Source: Glycera tridactyla | Lineage: Eukaryota | DNA length: 64,000 bases | NCBI GenBank assembly: GCA_965644265.1 | Contig: OZ286459.1 | Location: 59,210,001-59,274,000 of the forward strand | Direction of reading: 5' to 3' | Shown: piece after piece, positions 36,811 to 49,682 of the stretch | Layout: every line of letters starts with the position of its first letter | Position numbering within the stretch: position 1 is the stretch's first letter | Translations under genes and position numbers: made by a program | The notes under the pieces: model-generated | Told to the model about the DNA's origin: nothing | Databases searched by the model: none | What the model saw: only the letters and a program-made list of their open reading frames with translations

Positions 36811-38121
36811 ATGGAGATGGAGATTGCAGAAGACGAGTGTTCACGGTGTGTTGTGTGTTGTGCCGAACTGAGCGTGCCATACATCGTGTGTGTTGAATGT
36901 GGACCACCAAAAGTCAACACATGTCTGCGTTGTTTTGCTAGGGGACAAGAAGTGGGTACACATGAAAACAACCACCGGTATCAAGTTGTGAAAGATGACT
37001 TCGTGATAATCGAACCGGGTTGGACTGCTACTGAAGAACGCCAACTGTTGTCTGCCATAATTGAATGTGGCATTGGAAATTGGACTGACATTGCAAATCA
37101 ATTGCCTTCCAAAACAAGACAGCAGTGTGAATCACACTATATCCGTTGTTATATTGATAACCCTAAACTACCACTGCCATGTTTGAAAGAGGCAGATGCA
37201 GTATACGCTCCAGTTCCAGTGATTTTCCGCCCTAATGAAGATCCTCCTCGGCCTGCAGATGGCTCTGTTGTTCAGCAAGAGATGGCTGGCTACATGCCAG
37301 CGCGTGGGGACTTCATCACTGAATATGATAATTATGCAGAAATGGATCTCCGTGAGATTTATTTTGATACAGATGAGTCTTCACCATTGGATCAAGACTT
37401 GAAATTAGCTGTATTGGATGTATTTTACAATCGCCTGAGGGAGAGACATCGGCGTAAGAAGATAATCCGGGATCATGGTCTAATACATGTGAAGAAATTG
37501 CCACTAATGCTGGGCCAGTATGAAAAAACACTCAGTTCTAAAGCTGAAGCTCTGCGTGTATTTGCTCGATTAACAAACCCAACAGAATTCCACAAGTACC
37601 TCGAGTCATTACATTTTGAATGTGAACTCAAGCAAGATATCAAACAGCTGCAGGAATATCATGCTGCTGGACTGGTGAAATTACGAACTGGTGCCATCTA
37701 TGAACGTCTCAAAGCAAGGAGAGAAGAAGAGAAGTCAAGACGAACTTTACTCAGTGATATCATATCTCATATGCAGGATGAATCTGCATGCTCTCAGTGG
37801 CTACAAAGGCAGGCTGCACTTGATAAGATAGCTAATGGCATCCCAGTCACACTACCTTCAGTGCCAAGAAAAAGTGCACCCCCTCTTGATATCGGCACAT
37901 TACCCGGACATGAGAAATTGACTGAAAAGGAAAAAGAACTATGTTCACAAGTCCGTCTGGTTCCTGAAGCTTATCTTGAGTTCAGAACTTTGCTTGTTAA
38001 TGAATGTAATAAGCTGGGCTACATCAAACTGGCTCAGGCACGCATACTCATCAAAATCGATGTCAACAAGACACGCAAAATATATGATTTTTTGATAACT
38101 GAAGGTATCATAAAGAATTGA
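36811..38121 (+). CDS. TADA2A: Transcriptional adapter 2-alpha (ADA2a, ATAC complex subunit), 436 aa, single exon
   Basis: ZZ finger (CVVC...CVECGPP...CLRCF...HENNHRY), SANT (WTATEERQLL...GIGNWTDIA...CESHY), DPPRP...MAGYMPARGDF..EYDNYAE, RRKKIIRDHGL, and C-terminal SWIRM (LAQARILIKIDVNKTRKIYDFL). Colinear with human TADA2A as remembered, with no frameshift or stop. Confidence 0.96.
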   Translation: MEMEIAEDECSRCVVCCAELSVPYIVCVECGPPKVNTCLRCFARGQEVGTHENNHRYQVVKDDFVIIEPGWTATEERQLLSAIIECGIGNWTDIANQLPSKTRQQCESHYIRCYIDNPKLPLPCLKEADAVYAPVPVIFRPNEDPPRPADGSVVQQEMAGYMPARGDFITEYDNYAEMDLREIYFDTDESSPLDQDLKLAVLDVFYNRLRERHRRKKIIRDHGLIHVKKLPLMLGQYEKTLSSKAEALRVFARLTNPTEFHKYLESLHFECELKQDIKQLQEYHAAGLVKLRTGAIYERLKARREEEKSRRTLLSDIISHMQDESACSQWLQRQAALDKIANGIPVTLPSVPRKSAPPLDIGTLPGHEKLTEKEKELCSQVRLVPEAYLEFRTLLVNECNKLGYIKLAQARILIKIDVNKTRKIYDFLITEGIIKN

Positions 38122-41100
38122 TCTCATAGAGCTGCTCAACTGCTCCTTCTTTTGTATATCCTATTTCATTGTGTTATCACTGACATCATCGTGCAGCTAT
38201 GTGAAAATTGTAGCTAATATTACTTGATAGATACAGTGGAATCTGATATGAGGGATAATATCAGATGGTAATCTTTTATGTGAGGTGGTCACTCATCAGG
38301 GGTTTATCCAACAATGTTTGTTGGAATTCATGCCCGATGATATGGTCTCTCCTTTGAGATCTTTCTTTTTTTTTTGCGGGGGGGGGGGGGGGGGGGGGGT
38401 CAATATATCAAAATTCTGCAGAACCATAGAAGGGATTATAAACTGTATAAGCAAGTCCAGTTGGAGATGGGCCTAACTGAACTGAATGTCCTATTGCGTC
38501 AACTTCAGAATGTACGTAAAATCTGCTGATAGGGCCTAACTGATCATCTACAAGTGATACAATTGGCCAGCTAAGTAGGGGAGACATATTTGTGACGGGG
38601 CCATGTCTATTGGGGAGATATGGGACCATTTTTCACATAGAACCTAATGTGCAATTTGATTGAAGGCTGTCAGCAGCCATCAATCAGGTAGCAACTGTAA
38701 TTTATTGCAACTTTGTCACTGTCCCATCCCGTCTGAATGTCATCATCAATCACCCATGTGAATGCCTCCGGATAACTCGAAATGTAGAAACATTTGCAAG
38801 CTTTTGAGGTTTGGATAAGATTTGGCATGTGATCCACTTGTTATTGATTGACTGCATCTCTCAATCACGAGTACAGCGGCCTCCAACATCATANNNNNNN
38901 NNNNNNNNNNNNNNNNNNNNNNNNNNNNNNNNNNNNNNNNNNNNNNNNNNNNNNNNNNNNNNNNNNNNNNNNNNNNNNNNNNNNNNNNNNNNNNNNNNNN
39001 NNNNNNNNNNNNNNNNNNNNNNNNNNNNNNNNNNNNNNNNNNNNNNNNNNNATTTAGGCATTTGGAACACATTTCATGGAGCTAATGCCAGTACAATCTC
39101 TGACATGATTTCTATCACTAAAAAAATGTGCATGTACATCCATGTGGATCCATATGAATTTGGTTAGTGATGCGATGATTGATCAAATTGTGTTTAAATT
39201 CTACAAAATTGATTTTAGTTTTCAAATCAATTCACTGCATGAGATTTTCTGCGAGACCTGAGTCATCATCAGCTGTATTTTATTCTTTCAAACATGTTCC
39301 CGTCATCATTGTTTTCATCATATTTGTCTATCTTTAACTCTATCATATATTTGACTCATTTCACAATTTGTCAGGCATTATCAAATGTGCTGTTTTTTTA
39401 AGTTGACTGATACCATCTATAAACTGTCAAATGAGATAAATTCTGATTGATTGATGTCCGACAGAGGTACTGATTCCTAACAACAAGTGTGGTGGTAGAT
39501 TACGTTGTACACATAAGCCTCCTCTATACAGAGGCCACTAGTTTACAATGTTAGTGACAGGTTTGACCATATGAGTGGGTGGACATGTACAAGATTGTAG
39601 ACTTCCCCAAGTGGTGACTGTACTGCACAAAAGCCTGGTCTGCCAATAACTGGTGCTGGGATACCAGAGATGCCAACTGCTATGAAGTACTATGTAGTTA
39701 CTACTGCCTTTAGGCCTAAATTCTTGCATTTCAAGATTGATGCTACTCTACAAGATCCATTTTTTCATAGCAATAACTGACACTGCTACTCTTTGGAATT
39801 ATATGTTTCTGTCCAATCAGAGGTTGGCATCCCAGGGATAGTATATATAGGGATATTTACTAGGGAGAATCTCCTTTCAAATTCTCAAATGTCTTATTTG
39901 TCTGGGTGTACTTGGTTGAATTTCATTTACTTCAAGCAAATTTCATGTGTACTTCAGAACTGTCACTTACACTTTTGTTTGTTCACTGTAAGAAAACCTC
40001 AATTGGAGGTTTTTCTTTCAGTATGCAGACTGCAGTATAAAACATTCAGCATTGTCTCATTATGCCCCCCAAATGAAGGTAGGGGGGCATACTGGATTCA
40101 GTCTGTCTTCCGTCTGTCCGTAAACACTTTTTTGCGGAACGCACTGTGTCCACTGTGTTGATGCTACACCGCCCATTCCTGGTATGTGCACTACCAATGA
40201 GGGGTAGGTGTGCATAGGCATATTTGTTTGACCCTGTGACTAGATTTTCTGTCATTTGATGGTTTTTACATGCAATTTTTGACATATTTTGAGACAGCCA
40301 AACTCTACCTGGCTCAGTTGCTCTCTCCCACTGTCTATTGTGTTAAACTGAAATGAACCATGAATGAACACACACTTCTTCTGGCTTTGACCTCATTCTT
40401 ATGTAAGACTCTCGGTAATTGATGCGGGGTTTTGGTGTTCTTCCCTGCATTATGTAATGCCTGGTTGATTTCATCATGGAGCAATAGCTCACTTCTACTT
40501 CAATAACCAGCTGTGAAAGGGCTGANNNNNNNNNNNNNNNNNNNNNNNNNNNNNNNNNNNNNNNNNNNNNNNNNNNNNNNNNNNNNNNNNNNNNNNNNNN
40601 NNNNNNNNNNNNNNNNNNNNNNNNNNNNNNNNNNNNNNNNNNNNNNNNNNNNNNNNNNNNNNNNNNNNNNNNNNNNNNNNNNNNNNNGGTATGTGTGTGC
40701 GTCCATGCATGCTTGCACTCTACATTGCTAACTGTTGGTACGCTATGGCTGCAGTACCCAAATCTGAGGCTGTCATCTTCAATGTTAATTTGTGGTGCTC
40801 ATAAGTTATCATTGGCTGGAGTGAGTGAGGGGGGGGGGGGGGGGGGCATTAGTCATTCTCTGGATTACAGTTCTAGTTGGATTTGCTTCTCAGGAATTTC
40901 CCTGGATAATGTTAAACTTGTGACCAGAGGCTGCCCTGAATGTCAACAAAAAAGTGGTCTTACAGATAAAGTGGTCTCTGCACAGTTAGATTTGACACTG
41001 TCAATCGATATAGCAGTCTCTTGCATGAAGTGGTCTCTCGTCAGGGGTTTCTTGTTGCCGGTCTCAAGAAAAGTGAATGAACCAGCTTATCGATGAACTG

Positions 41101-41197
41101 AATTTGCCCCTAGCTGATGGCTATGCACTAAAACCTGCAATGAGAGACCATCTCTTTTGAGAGTGCCTCCTCTATTTGATACACATGTAATCAAATT

Positions 41198-41357
41198 CAG
41201 TCGAACCTGTCTATAAAGACCGCCTTCGGTCGCATCAAATAGCAGTCTTTATAGGCAGGTGGTCTTTATAGAGAGGTAATTTACTGTTGAAAATACTACC
41301 ACGGTCGCAGCTCAGGTGGTCTTTATAGAGAGGTGGTCTTTAGAGCAGGTTCGACTG
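41198..41357. mobile_element. 160-bp MITE (CAGTCGAAC family)
   Basis: CAGTCGAACCT...AGGTTCGACTG-TA. The left flank is TT rather than TA. Confidence 0.85.
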
Positions 41358-41924
41358 TATTATCTAGCTACCCATCGCTTCACATCCATAGAGCAGGTTC
41401 CAAGAGACCAACCATTTTGTGATACTGCCTTTGGGGGCAGTCTTTCTTATCTAGTTTTTCTGTGAACACCCTTCAGTTGAATCATGCATTACTTCATCAA
41501 TAGACTCATTAGAGTGAATCAAAATACCCCCTCCCCCCTGTATAAAGCTTCACACAGGGATGTGAGTTTCCAAGAATTTTCGAGTTGAATACTCAGCAAA
41601 TGAGTGATTGCAGAGTTTTCCTTCTATGATCAATTACATCCCTGTTCTCTTCTGTCTAACAAATCCGTGTCTTAAATGACACTCAAAGGATCTTTGATTC
41701 CATTTTGGACTTGGGAACAGAAGGGGTCATGGATGAATATACCATGCCTATTACATGAACATCTCGATATAGCCCAGTTGGTACTTATTAAATGTCAAAC
41801 AGACCAATAACCTACCAGCCTACTAAAGCTATTAGGCTTGAGTGTTAGCTTCCAGCCAGTTACATAGTTAGATATGCCATCATCAGGTTCAAAAAGTCCT
41901 CTTTGTGTACCGGTAGTTAGAGAT

Positions 41925-42105
41925 GTGTCTGAACCTTCAGCTACTTGCACTTGACGACCTTTCAGGTCCCCCATCATCTTGTGTTCAGGGTTTGTGAGAT
42001 TGATTTCTGCAGGGGAGAGAACATCTAGCTTTCATTGACCAGGAACATATGGCATACATAATCCCGTGGGTTGGTACATGCCGTTAAACCTAAAACAAAC
42101 AAACT
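41925..42105 (+). mobile_element. SINE-like dispersed repeat, family 2 (GTGATGYCTGCAGGGGAGAGAACATC...ACATGCCGTTAAACC(AAAC)n)
   Basis: Related copies at ~8880-8945, ~12385-12455, ~26005-26090, ~44770-44880, ~45621-45800 and ~51275-51395, with a common 3' end and (AAAC)n tail. Confidence 0.65.
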
Positions 42106-43169
42106 ATAGTAAAACCTTTCTTGGAAGACTGCCCCTAATGCCAACCAAAAGCGGCCTCTCAAAAGAGGTGGTCTCTCATTGGAGATATATTTGACTGTGC
42201 CAAATAGAAATTAACTGATGAAAAACGGTCTTGCAAAAGAGGGCGGTCTCCCAGGTGAGGGGCCTTTCAAAAGAGGTTTCACTGTACTACTGTTGGGAAG
42301 TGGTTGCATTTTTGCAGCTGGTGATTATTTATGCCAAACAAAATGATATGGAATGAAAAGATATGTTCTCAAGTTCAACCCATTGGTAACCATAAGGTAA
42401 TCTCATTTCTAAAGTTCTGCTCCTATGCACTGTGTTTTAATCAATTTCAACCAATCATCAAATACCTGTAGTCAATCGGGCAGATCCTTGTGACAAGTAC
42501 ATATAACTCTGGTGGGATCATCAGGAACATTGTTTTAATATAGCTTGTTGGAAAGGATTGTCTTCAGACTTGGATATGACAGCTTCCAGTGAATCACACG
42601 ATCAAATAATCTGGGCATAGATTGATCATATTATGTGTAGATGGAGTTATATTTGAAGTGGGAGTTATCTCAACTTGAAATTCTTTCTGGCACTCTGCCA
42701 TCTGTGTTTAGGGTCTGTGACAGTGAGGCTTAAAAGGGACTGGGTGTTCAACTCCTGTGAATGTTGTAAACATGCCACACATAATGTGACATACTGTCAA
42801 ATCCTATCCAACCAATTAGCCACCCTACAATTAATGGACCAACCCATAAATCCTTTCTTCAAATCCCATCTTATAACTGTCTGCCAACAGTATGGTGGAT
42901 CTATGGATATAGAACCTTGATCCTCACTGTTTGTTTCTAGGGGTTGCTGTAACTGTTTACTTCTCCAACTTTGTATTTACTGTACCAAAACTTCAGCGGA
43001 CTCAGGTGCAGAGTAAGGCAGCAGCCCGATAAAACATGTTATGATTTGATAATAAATTATTGTTGATGATGTTGTGTTACATTTTTGTTTGCACCATAGC
43101 AGGATGAGAAGAGATAGCTGCCCCCCCCCCCCCCCATCCTAAATATTCCACAGAAACTGAAAGCAAATA

Positions 43170-43271
43170 CAGTAAAACCAGCTATAGTGAAATCCTGTCC
43201 ACAGTGAAATCCTGTCTAGAGTGAAAAGAAAAATCTGGCCCGTGACTTTTCACTGTAGACAGGTTTTACTG
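43170..43271. mobile_element. 102-bp MITE, pogo/Tc1 type
   Basis: TA-CAGTAAAACC...GGTTTTACTG-TA. Confidence 0.8.
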
Positions 43272-46200
43272 TACTTGCATTGCAATCATTGGGTGTTGGT
43301 GTGGGTGGCAGCTAAGGTTTTGCCCCAATGCATACCTGATGTCTTGTGATGCATGCATCAAATAAGGGTGTGTATACTGTTCTCCCCTATGCTAGACCAG
43401 AAATGACATCTTGAGTGCGTGAATTTCATGAAGTTTCACCCCCATTGAGGATCCAGGAGGAGGAGGAGTCTTGAATGATCCAATAGACACTCACAGAACT
43501 CCATGCTAAAGCCTGCCTCACATGCACAAGTAGGCAGATTCAATGATTTTATCAATCCACCTGCCTGATTGACAGGTACATAATTATTCAGTGTATGATT
43601 ATATGCAGGAAGGTAGGTGAAAGTGTTTGGGAGGGCAAGTGAATCCACTTTCCCCTACCCATAAGACAGGTGAAGAAAGAAGTTGATGCCGAGCCCTGGC
43701 TCATTGCATGGGCATCGCAATATAGCACATATGGCGATGACATGGCATTAAATCAGAATCAACCACTTATTCTAGTTTTACTGCCATAACGATAATAATA
43801 ATATTAATGAAAGAAATGACACCTTGGGTGTCTGTGAATTTCATTAATTTTCGTGTTCTGTTTGGGACCCAGAAGGGGGAGTCTTGAATGATCCCATCCA
43901 TGCCCATTGCATGGCCATCACAATATAACACAATTGGAGCTGACGTGATGTTAAACCACAACCAACCAACCATTGCTTTCATCCGTATTTACTGATTGTG
44001 AACTAGTGCGGATTTTTACCTTACATTTTCGCCTTCTGTTGGGGACCCAGACGGAGGAGCTTTGAATGATCCCGCCCATGCAATGGCATCACAATATAGC
44101 ACAAATGCAGCTGACGTGACGTCAAACCAGAACCAACCAACCAACCTTCCATTTGAAACCTAGAAGTAGGTTGTTGGTTAGTTGTTTTACTTAATGTGAG
44201 TACCATCTGGGTCATTTACATGGGATCATTCAATACTCTCCGGTCTCCAAAAGAAGGTAAACATTTGTGAATTTTTTATGAATTTGGCAGACACTCGAGG
44301 TGTTCTGGCCAGTGAATTGATCCTATGTTTGCTGCGTAACAAAGTGGCCAAAATAACTGACCCCGTGGAAGCTATGTGAATCAATCTCATGTTCACATGG
44401 TAACACCTGTTCAACATTTTCAATAACAGAAATGACACCTCGAGTGTCTGTGAATATAATGTTCGCCTTCTGTCAGGGACACATAAGGAGGAGTCTTGAG
44501 TGATCCCCTCCATGCCCATTGTATGGGCGTCACAATATAGCACAGATGGAGCTGACGTGATGTTATACCCCAAACAAAACAAACAAAAACAAACTCAAGG
44601 TGTTTTTGATATGAATGCTGACCATAATGTCAACCTGTGAACATGGAATTTATTCACATGCCCTCCACAGGCAGGTCAGAAAGTTCGGTCACTGTTCTAC
44701 TGGGAACATGGGATTAGTTCACTGAGCCTCCATTGATGATTGTCCAACCAACCTGTTCATAAATTGTATAAGTGATACCTGCAGGGGACAGAACATCCAT
44801 CTTCCCTTGACAAGGAGCACACTGCCTACATACTGTAAACCTCTGGGTTGATACATGCCATTAAACCACTCACAGACAAACCAGAGAAGCCTGCGACGAG
44901 AGACCGCCCTAAATGTTGCCAGAAAGTGGTCTGGCCTCGTGTCGCAGGCATATTTGACTACATCAAATAGAGAAGTTGCCCTGCACAAGTGGTCTCTAAT
45001 CAGCGGATCTCTCCATCCCCACTGCCCCAGCGTCTCAATACTTTGTGCATGGAACAAACAGGAGAAGATTGTTGTAAAGCTGGTTTTAAAGTTCATCAGT
45101 CAATACTGGTTGTGTAATCTTCAAACCAGATAAACTCCCCTGTATCAGTTATTGAGTTGAGAATGATACCCTTGAAAAGTTGATGTTTTGTTGGAAGACA
45201 GTGCAAAAAGGTCACCAGTGATGACACTGAGTATCTGTGAATTTCCTGAATTTTCACCGTAGGTTTGGAACAAAAGAGGAGGAGTCTATCCTGCCCGTAC
45301 CGTGCTTGGGACGTAAAAAAAAAATGAACCAACCTTCTGTCACTGAGACCCTGGTCTGTGTAGAATGAAATCACATAGTTGCTGGTTCAAGTCCTTGTAT
45401 CTTAGAATGTGGCACCCACTATCATGCTATTTTTATGCCCCCGCCGTAGTATATATGGCGGGGGGTNNNNNNNNNNNNNNNNNNNNNNNNNNNNNNNNNN
45501 NNNNNNNNNNNNNNNNNNNNNNNNNNNNNNNNNNNNNNNNNNNNNNNNNNNNNNNNNNNNNNNNNNNNNNNNNNNNNNNNNNNNNNNNNNNNNNNNNNNN
45601 NNNNNNNNNNNNNNNNNNNNTGTGTCTGAACTATCAGCTTCTTCAACCTGACGACCTTTCAGGCTCCCGTCATCTTGTGTTCAGGGTCTGTGAGAGTGAT
45701 GTCTGCAGGGGAGAGAACATCTCGCTTCCATTAACCAGGATCACACGGCATACATAACACTAGTGTTGATACATGCCGTCAAACCTCAAACAAACAATAA
45801 AATACGTGTCCGGCCATCATATCCACCCTATATCAGGAGTGAGGACTCATCCAAGTGACCCTCACACGTGAAAAGCATATATACCATCATGTTTGAGTGA
45901 TTTCCCGCCAAATGATGGCCTCCGATTGTATGATTCATGCCAGACCCATGTCCATACTGTGAACTCCTCCATGTGACCCTCACAAGTGACTAGTGTACAG
46001 TCACGCATGGTTGATTTCCTGCCAAAGGGTGGCTTCTGAGTGGTCGATTCGTGTCCAGCCCACAAATCCATTTTCCATGCCTGGATTTTGAAATGAATTT
46101 GTACAAATGATCAGCATATGAATTGAATTGAATAGGGTTTTATTTAATCTCGCAAAACAAATATATACAATCTACACTCAGCTCCAGAGAGGCTTTTCAG

Positions 46201-47639
46201 GTACACGACTGAGCAACAATCAGGTAACAGATGAACAAGCAATGAAGATGATTTGCTGCATGCAAAAACTCACTATCGAGCAATTTCCTGCCAAATCGTT
46301 GCCAATGATTGGTCAAGAGGTTTCCATTCATTATCTCCTGATCTATGTATCCCTTCCATATCACAACTTATCCAAGTGACCCCTAGGAGTGATTAGCGCA
46401 CTGTCACAGTCGAGTGATTTCCTGCCAAATGGTGGCCTCTGATTGGTTGAGAGGATTCCGCTCATCATCCCATGATGGTCTTAGAAACATGGGATGACCG
46501 AGCAACCGAGCTGGTTTGTTGATGGGTTGTTTCACACCCCATCAGGACCATCTGTACTATATCGAGACGCCCATGCAATGGACTTGGTGGGATAATTTAA
46601 TTCCCATGCTGAGTACCCAATCGGTGAAAAATCGAGAAATCCACAGACACTGAACATGTCATGTCTGGTAACGAGAATGTTGACTACAGTACTACATTGT
46701 GAACATGGGAATGGTTCGCATGGTCTGCACTAGGTCAGATATTGTGTTACGCTGAACATGCATGGATTCAGTTCACTGGCCCTCCGCTCGACGCTCAGTA
46801 ACTAAGCCTTCCTAGACAAGCGCGGCTAGCTGTCAGCGGGTATGGATGAGCATTTGGAACTCTCCACCCCAACATCCACCCACCGATTAATCTATCGTTC
46901 CATCCACCCAGCATGCTTACCAGGAAAGTACTGACTACTTAACAATCCCAACATAGCCCTTCGCCACAGAGGTCTACAAAATATGTGAGAAGAATGCAGG
47001 GATTTTTTTGCTCGGGAATATGTATGGGTCGGTCGGGCACATTGATGCAGATTCCATGTGCCATTTCAGATTTGTGTGTGCCTCAAACATGTAATCATAT
47101 CAAAGTATGGAAAATTCCATGTGCCTTCTGGGCACGAGATATATGGTTTAATGTGCCCTCTCACAACTTTATGTGCCATTTGCCACAGGGCACAGCGTAA
47201 AATTATCCCTGAGAATGAACGCAATTCCACCAGATTCACATCAAAAATACAACGTACTTTGGTCGGTTGATTGTTTCAAGAACCGTGAGTAATGTCATGT
47301 CTCTCTCTTGGTCATCGAATTTATGAACTAGAAAGGTGTCCATGCCCCTCCTGAGACCTTGACTTTCGAGTGAGTGACTCAGTTTTTGCACAGAACATGT
47401 CTATACATAAGATGATCATTTCTAACAATATATTTCAAAACCCAATCATGGAAGACGAAGTTATGGGCCGGACAGAAAAATGCCCACACGGAAACCTCTC
47501 GACTTATCAGAGGCCACCATTTTGTGGCAGATCATTCAAGTGCGATGATAAGCTAATCACTTGTGTGGGCCACTTGGATGGGTCCACAATTCTGCTAAGG
47601 TAGGGATACAATTGAGAGAAGAGAGCTAATTCAACATTA

Positions 47640-48280
47640 GGCTTTCTTTGCGAAACCTCAAACTTCCTTTTTGGCTTCTTAACCGAATTTCTTGGCTGCT
47701 TAACTATAACTTCCTTCGTGGCTTCTTGACCTATTTCCTTCTTGGCTACATGGCCTTCTCCTTTCATGGCTTCTTGATAAACTCGACACTTGGCCCTTTG
47801 ACCAACTTCAATCTTGGCCTCTTCATCCTCCTCCTCCTACACCTTAATCAAAGTCCCCATGGCCTTTTGACTAACCCTCTTTCTTGTCATCTTGGTCTCT
47901 TGACCAACTTACTTCATGGCATCTTGGCCTCTCAACGAACATCCCTCTTGGCATCTTGGCATCTTTCACATCTTCCTTCCAGGTTTCTTGGTCAATTTAG
48001 CAATATTTCTGGCATGTTCCTACTTGGCATCTTGACCATGTTCTTCCTTGGCTTCTTGACAAACTTCCCTTTAGCCTCCTGACCAAACCCCTACTTGGCC
48101 TCTTGATAAATTTCCCCCGTGGCCTCGTGCCCAACTTTCTTCTTGACCTCTAGGCCATTTTCTCATCTTCCTTCTGGGCCTTTTGGCCTCTTGACCAACT
48201 TCCTTCTTGGCTTCTAGATCAACGTCCTTCTTGGCTTCTAGATCAACTTCCACCTTGACCTTTTGACCAACTCTCTTGCT
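47640..48280 (-). repeat. Decayed 24-bp tandem repeat (minus-strand consensus ~GAAGTTGGTCAAGAGGCCAAGAAG = EVGQEAKK)
   Basis: Best-preserved units at 48200-48250 (EVDLEAKKDVDLEAKKEVGQEAK) and 47700-47760. Indels and stops lie between them. Confidence 0.6.
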
Positions 48281-49682
48281 GCCGTATATCGGACATCGCA
48301 GATGCTACTGGATGGGCAAAAACCGACCGTTCAAGTAGGAGTCTTGGAATATCCCACCCATGCTCGGTGCTGACGTTAGTTTGCTGTCATTTTTATCATC
48401 AGATAATTTGGAGAGGCATGGATGCACATAGACACAGACACAGAATGATGTCTGCACACCCCCCCCCCCCCCTCACCCCCACACACACACCACCGCCACC
48501 ACCACCACCACCCACCTCGATACTCATTTCATATGAAAATATTTTTCATCAATCAGGCATTGTGTGGACAAGGCAATACAGGTAGGTAGACTATGTAGAC
48601 AGACATGTACAGTCGAACCTGCTCGAAAGACCGTGTCATACAACTCTCACCAGCGCTCTACGTTGCTACCTGTGGTAGCCAATGGCTACCATATCTTATA
48701 AGTTAGGAGCCACATTTTGAGAGGTTGTAATTGGCAATGTATTGACTGGCTGCCGAAATTTTGCACTTGGTACAAAAAATTCAACTTAGGAGCCAGCTGG
48801 CTCCTAAATATTCCGGCCAACGTAGAGCCCTGCCCACCTATATGTACAAATGGTACCCCGAGTTGCGACCGTGACGGAGCTTTCTACCTTTCACAAGCTC
48901 TCTACAAAGACCACCTGTCCACAAAAACATATCAACCCAAACGATTGTGTATGCCATTTTTTGCAGGTCTATGCAAGCTGCGTGGTACCTCATATGGACT
49001 CTTTACAGGGTATGCAAAACATCATGGGTAGAAAAAAGTATGACGTTCAATACCTTCCTCTTGATTGAATGATTGATGTGATTCAAAACAAGAAATGTCT
49101 TCAAAAAGAAGACTGGTCGTCGATTTACAGTGGGGAGGGGGTGATTTAACTAGGTATGTAGGCCTGGTAACACATATATAGTCGGACCTGTCTGTAAAGA
49201 CCATGTTCGGTCACATTAGAAAGTGTGGAGGGGAAGGGCAGGATGAGGGGGAGAGAGAGAGATGCGATGACGACGACGAGGGGGAGTGGGGGCAGGGGCA
49301 GGGGAGGGACACGGAGAGGGAGNNNNNNNNNNNNNNNNNNNNNNNNNNNNNNNNNNNNNNNNNNNNNNNNNNNNNNNNNNNNNNNNNNNNNNNNNNNNNN
49401 NNNNNNNNNNNNNNNNNNNNNNNNNNNNNNNNNNNNNNNNNNNNNNNNNNNNNNNNNNNNNNNNCGACATCCACCTGCCGCTTACCATTTCATGCCTAGT
49501 TTGAATTTCCTGCCACTTTTCGAGAACGTGTGGTTCCCCATCGGCGCCGCTAGGGGACACTATGCACGCATCTCATTGGCAAATGATCACGCTCACGCGT
49601 TAAGTCTACGATCGCTGGTTGAGCAAGGTTTACAGCGAATAATCGACGGATTCTCATGATTTATGTACAGATATATCACGAA

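Noticed and set aside
36811-46400. Drosophila-like Ada2a/Rpb4 shared locus
   Set aside because: No POLR2D/Rpb4-like coding segments were recognised on either side of TADA2A.
46921-49540. Selenoprotein reading (MGNHTFSKSGRKFKLGMK-UGA-PLWRR...) from joining the 49486 and 46973 candidate exons
   Set aside because: There is no CxxU motif and no SECIS was identified. The join is hypothetical and more simply indicates a missing exon or a different frame.
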